A DNA stretch of 64,000 nucleotides from contig NC_092670.1 in assembly GCF_964355755.1 (NCBI RefSeq), positions 34,894,388 through 34,958,387 on the forward strand, read 5' to 3'. The position numbers and the translations under genes were made by a program. Source of the DNA: Antedon mediterranea (lineage: Eukaryota; Animalia; Echinodermata). Shown in pieces: positions 39,801 to 48,800 of this stretch (within the stretch, counting starts at the first letter, position 1; every line of letters starts with the position of its first letter). The notes under the pieces were generated by a model. That model had not been told where the DNA came from, did not search any database, and saw only the letters and a list, made by a program, of their open reading frames with translations.

Positions 39801-42800
39801 AAGCCGCAAAATCCTTGGAAATTGTAAAAAAGCAATTGAATATTGTTGTATGTTAAAAACCTACCGTGTCTTATCTATGGAAAACGACAGTGAACTATTC
39901 TACGTGTATTCTAAGCGTATCCTTGGATCATCTAAAGAGGATCGGTCCTTTGTATCAGTGAATGATGAGGACATGATTTAATCTGAGAATTTTTAAAATG
40001 CACAATTGATCTACCCTGGATAAGAAGTATTTAATAGACTTATCAATGTCATTACTCAATTAACTAAGCCGGGTGTTTTTTCAGACTATACTAAATGCTA
40101 CCGCGTACTGCTTTTTTTTTGGCACATATGGCGTTTCATACGTATACTACTTGGGTTTGTATTTCAGACAAACATCGAAAAGCCTCGAAATAACTACACT
40201 TGGGAATCTAGGCTAAAGTAGAAAGCTATATAGTTGTACAGCACTGCATAACACAGCATAGGCCTACTGGTGCAGCCACCAGAAGAAGAAGATAACAATT
40301 AAACGAACTATCTATTAATTATTTAAAGTTAAAACGTGGATATTTTGATTAATACTACAATTTTCGACAAATTTAATAATCATGTTTGTTTCGTTATACA
40401 AATATTTTAAATAATACGAATTAGTTTGTCCCATTCGTGTTTAAATTTCCTCAGTGTCAGGGTCATATTGATTATAACAATATGGGGCGAATTTTATAAA
40501 AAGTTTAATGACTCTTGTTTCTGGAGGCTATAAATAGACTATCCATATATCACTCGAGGGAGTAAACACGCTGTATTAATTGTTAAACTTTTTAATCGCA
40601 AGGCTCTCAATTAGTCTAGATTCTAGATGAGGTTTCGTATTAATATTGGTGAATAGATAAAAATGTTGGCACACTTGGAGTTTCATAGGTATAATACTTG
40701 AGAGTGGAAACGGGTAGACTAACAAGGTTATAAGACGACCGGGGAAATGTCTAAAGCTCTGTCTACACTATCAAACTTTATGTGAAAATAATGTATTGTA
40801 ATGAAATAATGGAAAATATGGAATGACTTGCCAGCAGATATAAAACATTCACCCACGATCATGTCCTTTAAAGCTAGATACAGATCTCATTTCTTTTCAT
40901 AACATTTAACTTCCAGTTTATATTTTTTGTTGCTTTATTTTTGTTTGTATATATATATATATTTAAATTGGTATCCGTTTTTGCCGACAGGACCACAATG
41001 CAAAACAAGTATATGCCTACTTGATTGTGTATACTCCTGTATAAATATGTTAAATAAATAATAAATAAATCACACTTTTTTTTGGAGGCTTACATTATGC
41101 TCACGTGCTGTGAGTGTATTCGGTGCAGTAGGCCTACATTTCACGAATTCAGGTGGGAAGAGTTTAGACATTATTGTATATATAATAACAGTTATGGGAA
41201 TACATTAACGTTCATTATTGTAATAAAATTAGACAAATAAATTGATAAAAGAGGAACATTGGGAGCGATTACGGTGCTGTAAACACAGACAAAACCAATT
41301 ACATTCGCATTAAAAACGGAAAAGACTATAAAAATACAATTATATTTCTCCACAGTCTCATAGGTGTGCTTTACAAACCGTGACAAATAGTATTATTTTC
41401 AGTATCCTTTATTTAATGACAAAAATATTCGTAAATGTTAGGTTGCACTGAAAAATTAGTTAAAACAGAGACTACATTGCTTCTATTTTTCCCCAGGGGA
41501 ACTAAAACGGGTTTGTATACAGATCAGAAGAAAAGTTAAAAAAGTTAAAACTGGCAGTGACGTCACAATAGTCGTTACTAAACAGAGACATTGCCTTTAA
41601 TGCTGTCCAGGTAAACTAAAACAGGTTTCTATAGGCCTACAGACCAAAAGAAAGGTCACAATTTAAAAAGTTAAACTGGTAGTGACAAGAGTCGTTACTC
41701 AACATAAATGTTTGAAAAAATATGGTTAACAGAGACATTACTTTTAATGTCTTCCAGGGGAACTAAATGGATTTTAAATTTATACAGAAGGAAAGAAAAG
41801 TTTAAGTTAAACTGGTAGTATGTGACGTCACAAGATTCGTTACTCAACATAGATGTTTGCAAAAATGAGTGTATTAACAGAGAAAATTGCCTCTATTTCT
41901 TTAAAGGGGAACTAGACGGGTTTCTTTACAGACCTGACTGAAGAAAAGTTTAAGTTTAAAAGTTAAACCGGTAGTATGTGACGTCACAAGATTCGTCAAT
42001 GTTTGCAAAAATTAGTGTATGAACAGAGAAAAATTGCCTCTATTTCTTTAAAGGGGAACTAGACGGGTTTCTTTACAGACCTGACTGAAGAAAAGTTTAA
42101 GTTTAAAAGTTAAACCGGTAGTATGTGACGTCACAAGATTCGTCAATGTTTGCAAAAATTTCTTCCCAGAGGAACTAGACGGGTTTCTATCGGGTTCTAT
42201 ATACAGACCAGAAGAAAACTGGTAGTATGTGACTTCACAAGATTCGTTATAAAAATTATATATATTATATCTATACAGACCAACGAGACAGAACTTTCTA
42301 AAAACAGGTATGTTACGTCACAAGATAAATATATATATAATATGAGAAACATTCTAAGAATGTATTATGTGTCATTTCCTGAAAAGTTTAAAAGTTTAAA
42401 ATTCTTTGAACAAAATCAGGCCTAACAACAGGTTGGCCGTTGCGAGAACCTCCATAAAAACAGGGCCTATTATTCATGCATTACAAAAAAACTTTCGATT
42501 TTACGTTCAACAGCTGTTTAACACACATCCATAATGACAATCGAGATGAGATGAGATGGGTGGGGTGTGAGTACGGTATAATTTTACCAAACCATTACCA
42601 TTGCTAATTCGAATGTACATCGGATATATATACAGAGTATCAAATTTCACATAAAAAACGCATTCACATTTTTGTGTTTTAAATAAAAAATATCTTGAAT
42701 AACACTATACTTGGCAAAACTCTATTTTGCCAAGTAACAACCGAATAAAATAATAACAGAGTGTCCGAAAATAATATAATAGTAAAAATTTCTTCCCTGC

Positions 42801-45800
42801 ACAATACGGTTCGGTTAAGGTGGTAAGAAGAATGATTTTAACTGAGCATTTAAACCGGGAGGAGAAAAGGAAATTTTATAAATATCTAGGGTAGGCATAT
42901 TTCTCTGTTTTGACTAAATGTTGTTAAAGAAGTGTAACTGTAAATAGGAATTTCCTTCTGTATATTTCTAAATATTATATTCAGGGCATCTATTTTAATT
43001 TCACTTTCAATAAAAACTACATTTCTATTTTTCAAATTTATTCGTTTACTGTTCAGATGTGTCTACTAAATGTAAACAAGAAAACGTTGTGTCCGGATTA
43101 TAGATTACAAAAGGCAAGGCCAACTGGGGGAACGTTTAGTAAGTTAAACAATAACTAGAATTCACAAAAGTATTAAACACAATTAAAAAATGTTTTACTA
43201 CAATCTAGCTGTAACTATATAATGATTGTGGTATTGGTGTTGTCTTTAAAGTTGGCATTATTTCATACCACACTTGTTTGACATAACGCAATGACGTTTG
43301 CGCAACGCAAGTCATTTGACCAATCACAAGCTACAGTTGGGATGATCCGTCGCTTTTGATTTGCCAATTATGCACTTGCCAACTCTTACTTGATACCTCC
43401 TAAAAGTTCCTCCCTGACCTTGAACACTTCAAGTGTATTATATTTTCAATTAATTGTCACTAATTAATTATACAAACCGATGCATGATATACTCAACAGC
43501 AAGGGGACTGTTAGCATAACTCGACGCAATCTGCATGATTCATCATACAGGGATGGTTTTATAGGATACGGTGGGGAAGTTCCCCAGCGACGCTGTCTGA
43601 CAAGATCTGACTGTATACTCTAGGGTAGTCAACTCGTACCATGCACTTGTAATAAATTATGAGTAAACGATTTTTCTATGGGTGGTGTTGTATCTCTGAT
43701 ACAGGCCTATGTAATAACCGGTTCAAGTTTAGCCAAAAAGGCTTTACTAGGTGAAACTCCCGAATCTCCTAGCAATCAATTCTAGTGTTACTTAGTGGTA
43801 CACAATGCGGATTATTAGTGTTTAAGTTCCAGGTATGCATCAGTAATACTTTTCTAATAGTACTCTACTGTGTAAGAACAACAATAAACAGATTAAAGGG
43901 CCTTGCGGGTATATACCAAATTATGTCAACCTGGGAAAAAAGAAAAGATCAAGGAAAAGATCAAGTGCTTCTTTAAACAGGAAAAGCATACAAGTTTGCT
44001 CAGGACAATGTAGAATATAATTATATTGTGTAAATAAAAATAACATCATGTGCTGTCTGGCTCCTCTCCTTCTAGTACAATTTTATGTCACTTGCTTCGC
44101 TTCTACGAAAGAAGTTGTTAAGTTCAATTTAAGTTGTCACTCCATTTTGTTTCCGTCTTCCACTTGCTCTCGTGCTTTCTAATTGTGCTTCGAGGGAGGC
44201 TGAACAAGCTCCCCTGTCACAAATTACACATTAAGAATAAGCATCTTCTTCTCCATTAGATCACAATGGTTTTATTGTTACGGCTATTAGTGGGGTGCCT
44301 TAAGGGAAAAAATGGTCAAAAACGTTACACGGATGACAAAGTTTTCAAATTTTGCACATATGTTCACTTGGACATACAGATTAAAAAAATCACTGTAGCC
44401 AAGAAAAAAAATGTATTTTATGACCATATTTGGAGTATTTTCAAAATGGCCGCCAAAACAAAATGATGGTCCATATCTCAGTAACCGGTAGGGGTACAGA
44501 GTTCATTTTAGTGTTAAATTGCTTAGAACACATATGTTTCTATTCACTCTAATACAACATTTTATTAGAAAATGGCCGGAATCATCATTTCCGGAATTGT
44601 GACCTTTGACCCTAGTATGGTCATATCTCGATAACTACTGACAGTAGAAACATGAGGTTGGTCTTAAAATATTCACAATATACATGTTAGTATTTGGTCT
44701 AACGAACTATTTTTCCCAAAAGTGACTGGAAATCATAATATTGACCTTTGACCCGATAACCTCAAATTTCGTTACCGAATGCGCATAACATCAAAATATT
44801 GGGCTTAAATTGTCAAAAATGTATATTTTTGTATTAATTAAGGTAATGACTGAATTTGTCAATTGACCAGAAGTAATGATATTAACTTTTGACTTAAATT
44901 TTGTTTTATATCACTACAACATTGGCAGTAAATCGTCAAACACTTATTTTTCACGCAATACATTGTTTTCTCAACAAATTTAAACAATTACTTTTTCATA
45001 TGATATGTTTGTTTAGAATGATTCAGATTGTTGTATCTAGAGATATGGCCTACCTGGTTATGTGTAGAGGAATGTTACATTTTACTATGCGTGATTACAT
45101 TTCCAGATTATTTTCTGCAAGTTGTAAGCTTCAATAAATTAATATAACTGTTTTGCAGTGTATTATATTTACAGTTTACACTTCTTCATTTTATATTTCA
45201 AACCTCAGTTATTAAAAAATAAAATAAATAAATAATAATAATAAGTATTAACTATGTCTTAGAAATAATAAATTCTGACACGGATCGTCTGTATTCAATT
45301 ACGAGTAATATTATCTGGGACATTTGCAGCTGCACAGTTCTGTACAAGGGAGGTTGGATTTGGCACATTTGCAATCTTCTGGAGTAGGAATAGTTGGTTC
45401 AGCATTCTGACAAGTGGTCCATATACCTCCTTGATATATGGCTCTTTTCACATGTTGAAGTAATGCATCCTACAATATAAATGTAATATAATGTACAAAC
45501 AATGCTGTTTAGTTGAATAAAAAAAAGTATGCACTAAGTATAAGTTTAATTGTATTCCAACCATTCAATTTTAATTACCTGGGTGGGTGGAACATGAGCA
45601 ATATCCTTGTTCTTCTGTGAAAACATATTTCGACGGGCTTCATTTACTGATAATGATATGCTGCTTTTGTTGTATAGAAGAATAGTGAGCCGCTCAATAT
45701 GTTTGAAGTTGAGAGAAAGACAGTCAACTTGTTGAAAAGGATGTCTGTACATGGAAAGAAATGCCTCTGTTGCCTCTGGAAATGATTTCCATGCTTTCCA

Positions 45801-48800
45801 AGCACTCTTCTTACTCTTACCGAAAAATGAGGATGTAGTGTCACAACCTGAAAAAGCATGGAAAAGTGGAAGGGCGCATGCCATGCTTTCACCTAGATGT
45901 CTACACATGTTGTTGATGTTATAGTAACAGAAGTGATTACCAGTGCCGAATGCAACCCACAGTTTCAGTTCAGGAAATCGATGGCAAAGATTGAAAAATT
46001 GACCAATTAGAATGATGATAATGTCAGTATCCACAGTTCGCACCATGATTTGTCTTGCACCATGCTCCAACGAGTGCACCAAATGAATTACAATCCTGGT
46101 ATCTGCTTCTTCTTGTGTTGAGTTACTCATGTTGTTTCCTTTAGATATGACTGATGTACCCTTTGTTATACACATTCTTGTTGTCTGTAAATGATTGTTG
46201 TTCAACTAACTCAGACAAATATAGGAATAGTTCCTCTTTGTTTTTGGAATTAAGAAGGAAGTCTTTCCACTTGACAGGTGTCTTGGTTTTTGGTTCTACT
46301 TTTAAGCGTACACCTTTACCTCTCTTCTCTCTAGTAGATTCTTTAATGCTTGATGAAATATATCTATCCCACACAACATCTATGCGGCTGGTTGTCAATA
46401 ATTCACGCTTAATAAAACCTAAAAATACTTGCTGGCCAAATTCAAGAAAGGTAGGCGCAGTGGGCAAAGTGTGTATAAGAGTTCCTCCGTCAAATATTTT
46501 TGCATCAAAGCGGTTTGGTGGTTCTTTTTGACCGTCACAGTTAAGATAATGCATCTTGACCAGTCCATTTTAAGTGTTTACTTACACCTAGTCTAGTCAT
46601 AGGGCTAGTGTCTCGAACATAAATTCTGTGAAATATATAGAGTAAACTTAAACAAATAACAATCCTGATAGTTAAAAAATAAATATGAATGTTTTTCTTT
46701 TATTCATTTTCTATCATTCATGTTTTAACCAAAATACGTGTAAGAAGCAATTCCTGTAGGCCTACCTATTGGTCCTAAACCTATAGCCTACATCAATTAT
46801 TTAAAGTTATTAAAAAAAATTGTAATTATTTAAATTATTTAAAGTTAAATTTAATAATGATGTGTAATTGCAATATAATTTTTCACAAAACTACACTTGG
46901 GACTCCCTGTAACTAAGCATTTGCTAGGCCTATGAGAGGCATCCGCTTTGCATTGCCACAGTCGTTTTCGCCGTGGAGGTATGCCTAGCAACGAGCCTGT
47001 GTTAGCCTAGCCTAATTGATAATCAATTTAAATGCTTAAAAGAAACAAGAAAGTAAATTAATGGTAACCTAATGCTTTAAAGTGGTAAATCAATATATAT
47101 ATTTAATAAAAACACTTGTTTGAAATCAACAACTGCTTTATAAGCATAAAAATACTTACCACTTGGCAATTATCCACCTGTCAACACGTTTGACTTCATA
47201 AACTTTTAGCCAATCAGAATGCCGGATTTTATGAATACTCATTTTGGAGGGAAATCTTTGTCTAGGTAATACTATAGTAATTGATTGTATATAAAAGGGG
47301 TTCTATGGACCTTAAATAATGAAATCATTGTTATTATTAGTATTTATTATTCTCAAATAGAAACTATTATAACAAATATTGTGATTTATTTTAACTGGTC
47401 TTTGGAACGTTAAAAAATAGATTATGTCGAAAAGGCACTGCTTCTCTATAACACTGAAGTTAGTTGTAGTGATATAAAACAAAATTTAAGTCAAAAGTTA
47501 ATATCATTACTTCTGGTCAATTGACAAATTCAGTCATTACCTTAATTAATACAAAAATATACATTTTTGACAATTTAAGCCCAATATTTTGATGTTATGC
47601 GCATTCGGTAACGAAATTTGAGGTTATCGGGTCAAAGGTCAATATTATGATTTCCAGTCACTTTTGGGAAAAATAGTTCGTTAGACCAAATACTAACATG
47701 TATATTGTGAATATTTTAAGACCAACCTCATGTTTCTACTGTCAGTAGTTATCGAGATATGACCATACTAGGGTCAAAGGTCACAATTCCGGAAATGATG
47801 ATTCCGGCCATTTTCTAATAAAATGTTGTATTAGAGTGAATAGAAACATATATGTTCTAAGCAATTTAACACTAAAATGAACTCTGTACCCCTACCGGTT
47901 ACTAAGATATGGACCATCATTTTGTTTTGGCGGCCATTTTGAAAATACTCCAAATATGGTCATAAAATACATTTTTTTTCTTGGCTACAGTGATTTTTTT
48001 AATCTGTATGTCCAAGTGAACATATGTGCAAAATTTGAAAACTTTGTCATCCGTGTAACGTTTTTGACCCTAAGGCACCCTACTATATGTAGGTTATTAT
48101 TAACCAGGAAAATTGGCCAGGAAAAATGGATTAGGGTGTTTGGTTGTGTACCGTATTTCCAGAGATTACTTTGTTTACTAAAATTATTTTAGCCAACTGG
48201 ACTCTTCACTGATGTAACATCCGGAACTATGTTGTTGTACAGTACATTAAGGGTACCACATCCGTTCAACCCACTGAATAAAATGGGAAATGACTAGGAA
48301 ATTGGTATAATTATGGTTTATAACAGACAAACTTTACCACATCAAATCCTTGACGAGATTTTTAATTTACATGATAGACAGTATTGTAATTCAGTATTTA
48401 AAAAATACTGTTCTGTTAACTTAATTTAAACATTTTAAATTAATTCGGGAGAGTATTCCCTATTTTAATTATATTTCAATGATTTTGCACAATGCCTCTC
48501 TTTCTCTACCATTTTTGTCATTAAAACACATGTTAAGTAAAAATCTTTATTAAATTTACGTTGTTAGTGATTCAACTGCACATACTTAAAAAACCGTAAA
48601 AAGTACAGATGTTATTGACCTCGAATTTGGGTAAATTTGGTCCAAATGCTTTTTATTTTATAGTATACTCTGCAAAAGCATATGCTTCAGTTCTCTTGGT
48701 CACGTATCAGAATGCATACGATTTTCTTGTTATTAAACACCACTTAAGAACATGAAAATTACTAGAGAAATCGATTTTTAAAATACTAAGTAGTTCTTAG

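Noticed and set aside
45311-46554. Host FEN1/XPG/asteroid-like gene or domesticated nuclease
   Set aside because: Enclosed by TIRs and TSD, frameshifted and truncated; fits an Academ remnant.
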